From IMG/VR virus record IMGVR_UViG_3300008255_000114, positions 39,174 through 103,173 of that record: DNA of 64,000 bases; one strand, given 5' to 3'. How positions within the stretch are numbered: the first letter of the stretch is position 1; every line of letters begins with the position of its first letter. A program made the position numbers and the translations under genes. The DNA is from a virus. Below the pieces are notes generated by a model. The model had not been told where the DNA came from and did no database searches. It saw only the letters and a program-made list of their open reading frames with translations. Positions 37,216 through 47,400 of this stretch are shown here, piece after piece.

Positions 37216-37437
37216 TTAGTCTTCCTCTACATCACTTTGTTTAAAGTATAATTTAACTGTAGTTGCAATCATAAACTGTACAGCTTCAATTTGTTCTGGT
37301 GTCAACACTTTATCTAATCCTTCATAAGTATACTCACCATCTTTCATTACACCAACACGAAATCCTGTTAGTTTACCATGTTGATAGTGACTAGACACTG
37401 TTATGTTTTCTTGTTCATTAAGTTTAACTTTTATCAT
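37216..37437 (-). CDS. hypothetical protein
   Basis: AGGAG RBS. Confidence 0.6.
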   Translation of the reverse strand: MIKVKLNEQENITVSSHYQHGKLTGFRVGVMKDGEYTYEGLDKVLTPEQIEAVQFMIATTVKLYFKQSDVEED

Positions 37438-37587
37438 TGTGATTCTCCTAGTTAAGTGTATCTATTTGTATCGTAAAGTTCTACCACAAACATGCATAAA
37501 TTGGCTGGTTGCATTTCAATGTCAATCTCCTTGGGTACCAATACATTAAAACTTTTGATACCGTTCGTGTTGGTTTAGCTAATACTA

Positions 37588-37800
37588 TTAATCCTCCACA
37601 CATTCACGATAAAACACTTCTAACACTTTATCTTCATCTGTCCAGTAGAAGAAGTCATTTGTATCTCTAATGTACTCTGCAAGGTCTTCGGGTAGTAGGT
37701 TAAATATTCCCTGACCTAGACGGTAAGATGGGCTAATTCTACGTTGTTTGTATACCTTACCTAGTAATTCATTGGCTTGTTGGTGTGTTAGTTTGATCAT
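37588..37800 (-). CDS. hypothetical protein
   Basis: AGGAG RBS; RLGQ.IFN motif. Confidence 0.65.
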   Translation of the reverse strand: MIKLTHQQANELLGKVYKQRRISPSYRLGQGIFNLLPEDLAEYIRDTNDFFYWTDEDKVLEVFYRECVED

Positions 37801-37810
37801 TATTAATCTC

Positions 37811-38359
37811 CTATTTAGTCAGTTTTTGTTTAAATATATCCATTACTTCTTTTAATTCTGGATTTGATTCTCTCACATAAGTCATAGTCTGTCTACCATT
37901 TTGTTTGAATCCATAATATGGAAGTAATCTACGTATAGTGGATTTATGTACGAAAGAACATATAGGTCGGTTGTGCTTCTTATCAATTAACCTAACAGCA
38001 GCTTCCAACTCACCCACTTTGACAATGTCCTTTTCCTTTAGTAATTGGTAGAAATCTGCTATGCAGTTTAGGCTTCTTGTGCGTAAACTAATATCGGCTG
38101 ATTTACTATTATTCTTATTATATAAGTTATCTAATCCAATGCCATCAATAACTTCTTGTTCCCACGCAAAAGCCTGTTCTTCTGATAAACCCATGAACAC
38201 CCTTTCTACTGACAACTCACTTCCAGTAAAGAGTGCTTTATTTAATTCAGCACAAGTGCTTTTACCACTTACACAATGTTTGTACCTATTACCCTTACCT
38301 TTACCCACGTACCTCACTATATCATCTACATAACAAACATACACATAATAGTTGTTCAT
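37811..38359 (-). CDS. GIY-YIG-type nuclease (LEM-3-like)
   Basis: YYVY...RYVGKGKGNR..H, E..AF..E and NL.N; AAGGAG RBS before ATG 38359. Confidence 0.75.
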   Translation of the reverse strand: MNNYYVYVCYVDDIVRYVGKGKGNRYKHCVSGKSTCAELNKALFTGSELSVERVFMGLSEEQAFAWEQEVIDGIGLDNLYNKNNSKSADISLRTRSLNCIADFYQLLKEKDIVKVGELEAAVRLIDKKHNRPICSFVHKSTIRRLLPYYGFKQNGRQTMTYVRESNPELKEVMDIFKQKLTK

Positions 38360-38408
38360 ACATCTCCTTTGTACATTATTAATATACACAAGCAAATTCA
38401 ATACAACC

Positions 38409-38510
38409 AATATACGCCACAACTTTTACCCTGTCAATAAATACTTTTACTATTTGTGATAATTATTTATTGAACTGCTACTTGACATTATATTGTAGTG
38501 GAGTAATAAT
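38409..38510. promoter_or_regulatory. divergent sigma70 promoters at the strand switch
   Basis: minus: TTGACA-N17-TATATT (38437-38409); plus: TTGACA at 38482 with an AATAAT-like -10. Confidence 0.7.
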
Positions 38511-38543
38511 GGTTGCAAGATAATTACTAAATAAGGAACTATT

Positions 38544-38918
38544 ATGAACATCAACACTAACAATCTAACTTACTCTCTACAATCAATTCTAAGCAACGCT
38601 ATTGCTGCTTGTAATGAATCATACTCTAAGTATAATAAAACTCAACACGGAGGCACTAGGGACGCTTTAAAGGTATCATTCAATAATAGTTATAATATTA
38701 TTGTATTGTTGATGGATATTATTGTGAAAGACCACTTACCTACACTACAACGTTTAGAGTTAGACAAACTTAAGGTGCTACACAATAGTATAAATAACTT
38801 AAACAAAAGAGTTGACAGTGGTGTTACAGTCAAGCATTATACTGAGACAAACAATAACACCATAGCTAATTTAGCGTGGTACAATGTAAATACTGGCGAA
38901 ATTGAGGAGATGGTGTGA
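38544..38918 (+). CDS. hypothetical protein
   Basis: AAGGA RBS. Confidence 0.65.
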   Translation: MNINTNNLTYSLQSILSNAIAACNESYSKYNKTQHGGTRDALKVSFNNSYNIIVLLMDIIVKDHLPTLQRLELDKLKVLHNSINNLNKRVDSGVTVKHYTETNNNTIANLAWYNVNTGEIEEMV

Positions 38919-39127
38919 TGGAAAATCCATGTGAAGTATGTGGAGTAGTAGGACAATTAAGTACCTATACAAGTTGGAATGAGGTGGAGTATAGGTCTGT
39001 AGCTTCTATTATACTTAGTAAGTCTACGTACTGTTACTTTTGCGGAAGTGACTATACAACGGCTGAACAGGGCAATTGGAATGCCAATCAAATGAAGAAA
39101 TTTAAGTATGAGGTAGATAATGGATAA
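38915..39127 (+). CDS. zinc-finger hypothetical protein
   Basis: CEVCG...CYFCG. Confidence 0.6.
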   Translation: MMENPCEVCGVVGQLSTYTSWNEVEYRSVASIILSKSTYCYFCGSDYTTAEQGNWNANQMKKFKYEVDNG

Positions 39128-39446
39128 CATCACACAATTATGGATTCGTGCTTGTAAGAGTGAGAATAGTAAACAGAGATTACGTAGTGTATATCGTAGA
39201 TTCTATTGTACTATTGAAAACAAAGAACAAGTGGATATTATTATAGCTAACCTTTTAATTGGTATTGTTGACCAGTATTACCCTATGACCACATCCGAGT
39301 GGTGCAGAGAAATGGAATGTTTTTATCGAGAAAGTTTGACATACGAAGAGAAGAAGCATAGTGTACTCGTATCAAGACTTACTTGGACTCCAAGAGATAA
39401 ATTGATTGGTATGAAAACTCCACGTAGATTTAAGAAGGGTATTTAA
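39120..39446 (+). CDS. hypothetical protein
   Basis: GAGG RBS. Confidence 0.6.
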   Translation: MDNITQLWIRACKSENSKQRLRSVYRRFYCTIENKEQVDIIIANLLIGIVDQYYPMTTSEWCREMECFYRESLTYEEKKHSVLVSRLTWTPRDKLIGMKTPRRFKKGI

Positions 39447-39447
39447 T

Positions 39448-39681
39448 ATGAATGTGGAGATTAATGAAATGTATATTAAGTGGTGTCCAGAAGTGGAGGA
39501 GGATGTTTGTGTAACACCAGAATACCAACTTCACCTCTTGGGTAAAACCTTAGAGGGTATGAGTTTAGCCCTAAAGGATTTTCACCATTTTAATAAATAC
39601 CTTCAAGCTAAGCTTCGTATCACTGACAAACAGTATATGGATATGCTCATGGATTTCCAATTGAAAGTAAAAGGAGTTTAA
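39448..39681 (+). CDS. hypothetical protein
   Basis: ORF in operon. Confidence 0.6.
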   Translation: MNVEINEMYIKWCPEVEEDVCVTPEYQLHLLGKTLEGMSLALKDFHHFNKYLQAKLRITDKQYMDMLMDFQLKVKGV

Positions 39682-39683
39682 TT

Positions 39684-40055
39684 GTGGCTATGAATAAAAA
39701 AGAGCAAGCATACCTTGCAGAACTTGAACAAAAACTGGCGGTATTTGAAGCAAATAAAACTACGCACAAGGTACATGCTGATATACCACCACCATCCCCA
39801 TCAGAAAGAGGATTCCCTTTAACCGTTGGTTGGATATTCAATCCGCACAGTAAAGTGGTATCTAATGGGTGTTCTAGCACCGTAGGTCACTCTCGTACCA
39901 GAACAGATAAGACTCAGAGCCAAAGATCTATCTGGTTGTATTCTACGGAACTTCTAGCTACACAAGCTTTACGTTATGAAGTAGAACAAGAACAGATGCA
40001 AGTTTTGGCTAGTATAGATAAGAAGATTAAAACTTTACAAAAAATGGAGGTTTAA
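39684..40055 (+). CDS. hypothetical protein
   Basis: AAGGAG RBS. Confidence 0.65.
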   Translation: MAMNKKEQAYLAELEQKLAVFEANKTTHKVHADIPPPSPSERGFPLTVGWIFNPHSKVVSNGCSSTVGHSRTRTDKTQSQRSIWLYSTELLATQALRYEVEQEQMQVLASIDKKIKTLQKMEV

Positions 40056-40058
40056 AAT

Positions 40059-40466
40059 ATGCTAACACAAGATAAGATAGATAGTGTTGTTAGTGCAGAC
40101 AAAAAGTGTGAACGTGATAGGATTGCATATGATGTTGTTCGTGGAGCTATAAAACATGGTCAAGTGGTTCACCGTTTCAACCAACACAAAACAGGTTTAG
40201 ATAATTTTGTATTCTGTGGTTTTGTTAAGATCCCTGAAAGTGACTCCCTATTTGTTGCTGCACTGCACAGAAACCTTAACCCTGTACATGCCAGTAATAT
40301 GATGTTGGATAGAAATTTCATCAGGGATTTATTATTCTCTGGCAGTTTTGAGTATGAAGCAGAGGCGTACTTCTTATGCAAAGAGAAGGCTGAACGTAGA
40401 CTAAAGGCTTTTCGTATTAAACAAGCTAAAGCTTTGCTTGATACCTTACAAGAGGAGAGTGTATAA
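40059..40466 (+). CDS. hypothetical protein
   Basis: GGAGG RBS. Confidence 0.65.
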   Translation: MLTQDKIDSVVSADKKCERDRIAYDVVRGAIKHGQVVHRFNQHKTGLDNFVFCGFVKIPESDSLFVAALHRNLNPVHASNMMLDRNFIRDLLFSGSFEYEAEAYFLCKEKAERRLKAFRIKQAKALLDTLQEESV

Positions 40467-40630
40467 TGACTGATAAACGTAAACGTGTACAAGAGTTGAA
40501 TATGTTACTTGCTAAACGTAAAGATTATGTGAGAAACTTACAAACAGAATTGGAGCTTGCTCAATTGGATATCAAAAATTTCAATTTAGAGTTGTTTCAT
40601 CTTTTAATTACTAACACTACTGGAGAATAA
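40466..40630 (+). CDS. small coiled-coil protein (not in ORF track)
   Basis: GAGGAG RBS; TAATG coupling. Confidence 0.55.
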   Translation: MTDKRKRVQELNMLLAKRKDYVRNLQTELELAQLDIKNFNLELFHLLITNTTGE

Positions 40631-40631
40631 T

Positions 40632-40778
40632 ATGTCACATAAAATTAAAGTTGAATTAGATGTAAGTGAGTACTATTTGGAAGAGTATACACGAGTAGCT
40701 AAAGCTTATGGCACTACAGTAGAAGAAATCATGATTGCTAGATTAGAAGGTAGTATCCATGAGGAAAAAGGAGAATAA
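40632..40778 (+). CDS. small hypothetical protein (not in ORF track)
   Basis: GGAG RBS; 48 aa. Confidence 0.55.
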   Translation: MSHKIKVELDVSEYYLEEYTRVAKAYGTTVEEIMIARLEGSIHEEKGE

Positions 40779-40787
40779 TAATAATTT

Positions 40788-41075
40788 ATGACTGAACAAA
40801 CAATTATATTTGAAAAAGATGGCTATACATGTGAAGCTGTTGTAGAGTACACACAACCACAGGGCAAGTGGTTGTCGGATAGTGATAGAGACCATGAAGG
40901 TGGTGTTGAAGTATCTGAGATGACGGTATATGATGCTGAAGGTGTAGTTGACAATCACACGGTAACATGGGAAGATGTAATTCGACACTATGAAGTGTTA
41001 ATGGAGACTACTCAGGTTGAATACCAGTTATCTTCTATGGAAGACCCCTGTGACGCTGCTTTCTGGGAGGATTAA
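40788..41075 (+). CDS. acidic hypothetical protein
   Basis: AAGGAG RBS. Confidence 0.65.
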   Translation: MTEQTIIFEKDGYTCEAVVEYTQPQGKWLSDSDRDHEGGVEVSEMTVYDAEGVVDNHTVTWEDVIRHYEVLMETTQVEYQLSSMEDPCDAAFWED

Positions 41076-41078
41076 TTT

Positions 41079-41315
41079 ATGTCTGAAGGTTATGTAGTTA
41101 ACTGTAATAAAACAGCACACATAAGCCCTGAGGAGCTTAAAGCTTGGGTTGAAACTTATTGTGTACAGTATAAGGATAATTCAGATATGCATCAAGTATT
41201 TGCTGACAAGCTACACATTGCTCGATACAATGCTAAAGGTTTAGCTCATAAGATTGCATACTCTTGTCACAAAGGCTTACTTAATTTAGGACATGGTATC
41301 GGAGGGAAGAAGTGA
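41079..41315 (+). CDS. hypothetical protein
   Basis: GGAGG RBS. Confidence 0.6.
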   Translation: MSEGYVVNCNKTAHISPEELKAWVETYCVQYKDNSDMHQVFADKLHIARYNAKGLAHKIAYSCHKGLLNLGHGIGGKK

Positions 41316-41596
41316 TGGAACTATATACTGTGGTTAAATGTAAAACAGAGTATACTGGTTTTGGTATTATTATGGAGATATACAAAATACCAGAGCACAG
41401 AAAGAGTATGTATATGTCAGACAACATTTATAGAGTAGTTACTGATTTTGGTAACGAAGTTGTACTTACCGATGGGGAGTTATTGGATAACTATGAAGCT
41501 ATCTATGTTGAGAGTGATCCATATAATAGACTACTTACTCAGATAGCTAATTTAACTGGTGTTAAGAATAAATACTTCCCAGAGGAGTTATTATAA
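41312..41596 (+). CDS. hypothetical protein
   Basis: GGAGG RBS. Confidence 0.6.
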   Translation: MMELYTVVKCKTEYTGFGIIMEIYKIPEHRKSMYMSDNIYRVVTDFGNEVVLTDGELLDNYEAIYVESDPYNRLLTQIANLTGVKNKYFPEELL

Positions 41597-41877
41597 TGAA
41601 ATTTGATAATTTAACAAATGAACAAATTGAGTGGTTGGAACAGAAAATCTATGAAGCTTATGATGAGGGTTGGACTGACAGTGACAACTATAAAGACCAC
41701 CTAGATAATAGTTGGAAAGAAAGTCTAGCCAAGAACCAAACATGCCACATACTTGCAGAACGATTTATGGTACCAAGTGAGTTTAACTTTGATACTAAGG
41801 ATTTAATTACACACGATGATTATGTACCAGTATTACTAGAATGGTGGTATGCGTACCTAACTAAGGGTAAATTATGA
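41596..41877 (+). CDS. hypothetical protein
   Basis: GAGGAG RBS. Confidence 0.6.
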   Translation: MKFDNLTNEQIEWLEQKIYEAYDEGWTDSDNYKDHLDNSWKESLAKNQTCHILAERFMVPSEFNFDTKDLITHDDYVPVLLEWWYAYLTKGKL

Positions 41878-42179
41878 AACTAGATTACCCTAACACTTGT
41901 CCTATCATAGACAGAGGTATAAGCTCTTGTTCAGATGCTATCTCAAGCCACGTAGAACGACTTGTGGAGAGTTTATTTCCAATGTTGGATACATTACCTG
42001 TAGAATTGATTAACATGGTGCAGGAGACTTCCTATGACATATTACAGGATGTTGAAAGGGAATTTGAAGTGGTACGGAGTACAAATGAGGATATGCGGAG
42101 TGCTGCTGATTGCCAGATTAAAGAGTTGTGTGATGAATTGAGTGAGTTGGAGAGTAAGTGTGAGGAGATGGAGGATTGA
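41874..42179 (+). CDS. hypothetical protein
   Basis: TCP.ID and E.VRSTN..MR motifs. Confidence 0.65.
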   Translation: MKLDYPNTCPIIDRGISSCSDAISSHVERLVESLFPMLDTLPVELINMVQETSYDILQDVEREFEVVRSTNEDMRSAADCQIKELCDELSELESKCEEMED

Positions 42180-42182
42180 TTA

Positions 42183-42638
42183 TTGAAAAAGGTTGAGTTA
42201 TGGAGTGATGGTTCTGCTCTTAAAGCCGAAGATGGGAAGTTCCACTGTGGTGCTGGTACGGTACTTATATTCAATGGAAGAGAGAAGCATATATCTACGC
42301 CACTGCCAGATGCCACAGTTAATATAGCAGAGCTTAGTGCAGCTATTATTGGACTAGAAGCACTAAAAGAGGTATGCTCTGTTACTATATACACAGATAG
42401 TCAGTATACTATTGATTGTATAACTAAGTGGTTTGCTGGTTGGAATAGGAAGAAGTGGAAGACACAAGCTGGAGGTGACGTCAAAAACAAACATTTGATA
42501 CAGCGTCTACACAGCTTATGTCAATATCACGAAGTAGAGTGGGTTAAAGTTAAAGGACACTCAGACTTGTATTATAATGATTTAGCTGACCAACTTGCAG
42601 TACAGGCAAGTAACTTGGTCAAAAGTGGAGGATATTAA
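42183..42638 (+). CDS. rnhA: ribonuclease HI
   Basis: WSDGS, N.AEL.A, YTDSQY, W..GW....WK, KN..L and WVKVKGH....YN..AD. Confidence 0.93.
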   Translation: MKKVELWSDGSALKAEDGKFHCGAGTVLIFNGREKHISTPLPDATVNIAELSAAIIGLEALKEVCSVTIYTDSQYTIDCITKWFAGWNRKKWKTQAGGDVKNKHLIQRLHSLCQYHEVEWVKVKGHSDLYYNDLADQLAVQASNLVKSGGY

Positions 42639-44410
42639 TGGCAGATAAGCAGCCAGACGGATACTATAAGACTAAAAAAACTGGGAGTGGAAGTAAAATG
42701 AGTTACAACCCTAAGTATCAAAATGAGACACTAGAAGATATTGCAACATACCCAATACTTGCCATAGAAGATAGGGGTATTACAGCCAAGACATGCGAGA
42801 AGTATGGAGTTAGGACTGCAGTAGATCCTAAAGACGGTATTACACCCATAGCTCATTACTTCCCATACTTTTTAGAAGGTAAGCTTACTGGGTATAAGAA
42901 GCGAGACCTTACGTTATCCAAACAACAGGACTATCATTTTACGTCTATAGGGTACCAGAGTGTCAAATGTGATTTGTTTGGGACTGACGTAGCTAACAAG
43001 ACTGGCGGAAAAAAATTGTGGATTTCTGAGGGTGAATACGACTCCATGATCATGTGGCAAACACTTAAGAATAAGTACCCACAGGGTAACCCTAATGTAG
43101 TATCTATATCTAATGGCACTGCTTCTGCTGTATTAAATATAGGACAAAAACATAACATGAAGCTACTGAAGAAGTTTCAGGAAATCATACTATGTTTCGA
43201 CAATGATAAAGCCACAGCAGATGAGAAGAACAAGGGTATAAAGAAGGGTGTTGAAGCTACCTCAGACGTCTATGGACTGCTACCAGATATTAAGGTTGTT
43301 AGTCTCCCAGAGGACAGAGACCCATGTGAAACGTTTAAAGAGATCGGAGAGGAGCAGTTCTACTGGTCATTAATGAAACCTATACAGTACACACCAGAGG
43401 GTTTTGTTAAGTATGAGGATATACGCGAAAAGGCAATTGAACTGCCTAAGTTAGGTAAGCCTTGGCCTTGGAATGCACTAACAAAAGTTACACTAGGTAG
43501 ACGAGTAGGTGAAGGAGTTTACTTTGGTGCTGGCGTTAAGATGGGCAAATCTGTAATTGTAGATACGTTAGCTGAGCATGTTATTACTACAGAAAAGAAT
43601 AAATTTGGTGCACCACAGAAGATTGCTCTTTTTAAGTTTGAAGAGCAACCCGATGAGACAGTCAAAAAAATTGCAGGTAAGTTCTATAAGAAAGATTTCT
43701 CCAACCCAGAGAAAATTATCTTTATTGACAACGAAGGTAAGGAAGTGGATATCTGGGGCGATGAAATCAGGAATAAGGATAATTACTATACACACGAAGA
43801 GCTAATTAATGCAGTTGATAGTGTTGGCGATAGTGTTATTATGTACAATAACTATGGCAGGTGCAGTTGGGACGAACTTAAGGGTGCAATCCGTCATGCT
43901 GTACTAGTAGAACATGTGGAAGATATAGTCATAGATCCTGTAACTCGATTGACCGCTGGCATGACTTCTTCTGAAGCTAACACCGAACTTGAGAGGTTTG
44001 CAGATGAAATCAGTAAAATGAGCCAAGATTTAGGTTTTACTTACTACTGTTTCTGCCACCTTAAAGCACCAGAAGGTAAACCACATGAACTTGGTGCAAA
44101 AGTATTCTCGTCACAGTTCAGGGGCAGTCGTGCTATGATGCAAGCGTGTTTCTATATGATAGGGCTAGAGGGTAACAAAGACCCAGAACAACCTGAAAAG
44201 GTTCAGAACACCCGTCACCTTGTAGTATTAGATGACCGTAAGTTCGGCAGGACGGCTAGAATACCTCTATTCTACGATGTAGATACAGGTGTGTTCGCAG
44301 AACCTCCAGAAGGCTTCCTTGACGATCCAGATTGCCAAAGACTGTGCGATTGGGGTATGATGGCGGGTAATAGTGGTGCTGCACCACTAAACGACGGAGC
44401 TGCATTTTAA
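42638..44410 (+). CDS. DNA primase-helicase (T7 gp4-like)
   Basis: RGIT, ISEGEYD, VVSI.NG, CFDND (TOPRIM); GVKMGKS (Walker A), IVIDP, CHL and FRGS. Confidence 0.92.
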   Translation: MADKQPDGYYKTKKTGSGSKMSYNPKYQNETLEDIATYPILAIEDRGITAKTCEKYGVRTAVDPKDGITPIAHYFPYFLEGKLTGYKKRDLTLSKQQDYHFTSIGYQSVKCDLFGTDVANKTGGKKLWISEGEYDSMIMWQTLKNKYPQGNPNVVSISNGTASAVLNIGQKHNMKLLKKFQEIILCFDNDKATADEKNKGIKKGVEATSDVYGLLPDIKVVSLPEDRDPCETFKEIGEEQFYWSLMKPIQYTPEGFVKYEDIREKAIELPKLGKPWPWNALTKVTLGRRVGEGVYFGAGVKMGKSVIVDTLAEHVITTEKNKFGAPQKIALFKFEEQPDETVKKIAGKFYKKDFSNPEKIIFIDNEGKEVDIWGDEIRNKDNYYTHEELINAVDSVGDSVIMYNNYGRCSWDELKGAIRHAVLVEHVEDIVIDPVTRLTAGMTSSEANTELERFADEISKMSQDLGFTYYCFCHLKAPEGKPHELGAKVFSSQFRGSRAMMQACFYMIGLEGNKDPEQPEKVQNTRHLVVLDDRKFGRTARIPLFYDVDTGVFAEPPEGFLDDPDCQRLCDWGMMAGNSGAAPLNDGAAF

Positions 44411-44432
44411 ATTGAATAAACTAGGAGTATAA

Positions 44433-47400
44433 ATGAAAATAACGTGGGATATAGAAGCTAACGGTCTTTTAAACGACACTACCGTAGATTACCTATCTTC
44501 ACCTTATAAACTTAAGGCAAGCTTCAAGATGCATTGCATTGTAGTTGAGATTGTAGATACAGGCGAGATTATTGCATTCGCTGACGGGCAGGACTACGTA
44601 TTTGATGGACGGAGGTATGAAGAGTATGATCCAGTGACTGACAATACATACATATTAGAGGCTGGGTACCCAGTGATAACCTATACAAGAAAACCTCTGT
44701 CTGATTTTAAGGTATGGGTGAATGCTGCAAAGCCTTCAGTAGTTATTGCACAAAACTCTATCAATTATGACCACCTAGTTACCAAACTCTACTATGGTAT
44801 GGATTATACAGTAGAGCCTGACACTTGGGACAACCTACCACTAGAGATCTATGATACTATGGTAATGTCTAAGGTATTGAATCCAGATAGGTTTGGTGGC
44901 CATAGTCTTGACAATCTAGGGAAGAAGGTAGGTTTGCATAAGATAGAATTCAGAAAGCACTTACCAGTTGATATAAGATTCGAATTCTATGCAGCAGACA
45001 TGTTGTATTACTGTATTAGGGACGTTCAGGTTAATACCAAAGTATACCATATGTTGGAAAAAGAGCGACTTGGTTGGGACTGGAACGAAGCTATTAAGTT
45101 GGAGAAAGCAGTAGCAGAGATTATAACTAAAGGGGAGCATAGGGGTTTTTGGTTTGATAGAGAGTTGGCAGAGAAGTCTATTATAGACCTTGATGCTAAG
45201 TTACAGGAGCGCAGAGAGACCGTAGAACCTCTGCTTCCGCCTAAGCCAGCAACTAAGAAGTTCCTTAATGATCATACACCTCCAAAAAATCAGTTTAAGA
45301 AGAATGGGGAGTATGCAGCCAACCTTATAAAGTTTGTAGATAAGTTAGGCGGTACATTAGAAGGTAGAGTTGCAACATTATTAGGTAAGAAATACGACCT
45401 ACCATTAAAAGAAGGTGAGGCTATAGCGACACACATGGCTGCTACTATTGATGATGCTACTTGGATAAAAGAGTGGTTAGTGGGTATGGGTTGGGTCCCT
45501 AGTGAATGGAAAGAAAAAGATATTACTGTTAACTCTAAGAAGGAGAAGTTAGATGGAGACAAGTATGAGGCTTCTGTTGACCGTTATGTATATCAATCGT
45601 TAGCATCTAACTTCTGCTCAGAACGTTGTGACCACCTCAAGACCTCTAGAAGTAAGCTTAAGGGAGTCTTAATGAATCACGATAGATCTAGACCCCTTAA
45701 GGTACTTACTAACCCCAACTTCACAAAAGGCCAAGAAAAAGAGATGTGTCCTAACTTGGAGTTACTATTTGATAAGTTCCCCTATGCTAAACTGTGCGTT
45801 GAGTATCTGACATACAAACACAGACGAAATAGTATATTAGGTGGAGGTCTAGGTTGGGATGAAGAAGAGGAGGCAGAGAAAGGTTACATGGCTCATGTGA
45901 GGTCAGATGGACGTATACCTACACCTGCTGGTACTTGCGATGCAGGCAGTACTAGGTTTAAACATAGGATTGTTGCCAATATACCTAGGGTTACTTCGTT
46001 GTATGGTGATGTTATGAGGTCGCTGTTTGGGACTGATGGTAGGACATTCCAAATGGGGTATGACTTTGATTCTCTTGAGGCTAAAATAGAATCACATTAC
46101 GTGTTTAGATATAAGGGCGGCAAGAAGTATGGCGAAAGCCTTACTGCTGCTAAGCCTAATGATTGTCATACTGTGTTAGCTGAAAAGATCTCAGCTCAGC
46201 TAGGGTATAAATTCCCCAGAGGTAGTGCTAAATCCGTTAAGTACGGTTGTCTACCTATTGATAATACTGAGATACTTACAGAGTATGGGTGGATATCTTT
46301 TAATGATTTTAACAGTAATATTAAAGTGTTTGGGTACGATGCAGAGCGTAAGGTATTAGACTTATGTGATGTAGTAGAAACACATAAGTTTGATGGTGCA
46401 GAAGTAGTCGATAAGGGGCACTCTAGGTGGCACCTAGAGAGTACTTTAGATCACAGATGGTATGGTCAAAGATTAAAGCAGTATGGGAAGACGAGCGGCA
46501 GTCATGTCAAAGTATGGGAAGATTCAGTTTCTAGTACAGAGGATTTAAAGCAGACCTTCCACATACTTAATACAGCAGAATATTTAAGCGGATCTTCTGC
46601 TGTAACAAAAGACGAGGCTGAGTTTGTAGGTTGGTTACTGTCAGACGGCTACTATAAGTGGAGTGAGAATAAAGATATAACATCAGCGTCCTTTGGTAGG
46701 CGTAAAGGTATCATCTCTGTTATCGCTCAATCTGTAGGTAAGTATTGGAAAGAACTTGAACTGAACCTAAACAGCTTAGGGTTAGGTTACTCTAGGGATC
46801 TGGAGTACAAGGATAACGGAAATCACGTATATAAATACAGAGTGTCCAGTCCAGACCTAAGAGCACTATTAGATAGGGTTGTTGGGAGTAGAGAACAAAA
46901 ACATGATGTAGATTGGTGTAAGTGGGTTATAGGTCTAAGTCAGGAAGCTAGATTAGCATTCCTACATTCCTTCTGGTTAGCTGATGGTAACACTAAAAAA
47001 TCTGCTGCTGATTCGAGTTATAAAATATACAAGCAAAATGTAGGTAATATTAGGGATGCACTTATGTTGGCTGGCTTCTTATGCGGGTATAACGTCTCTG
47101 AATCAAAAGTAGGTAAATGTGGTGCTGTGCGTTTCCAAACGAAACGAGACTACACTACAACTCAAGAGTTTAGAGACTTCTCTTATCGCACTACTGATGT
47201 ATTTTGCCTAACTACCACTTTAGATACTTTTGTTATTAGGCAAAATGGTGTTGTTACTATAACTGGCAATTGCTCTTATAATGCACAGCCCCCTAGGGTA
47301 GCTAAGACTATCGGTTGTAGTTTAAAGGATGCTCAAATTGTGTTTAACATGTTCTGGCAAGAGGCCTCTTGTCTGAAGGATCTTAAAGAGAAGATGCAAA

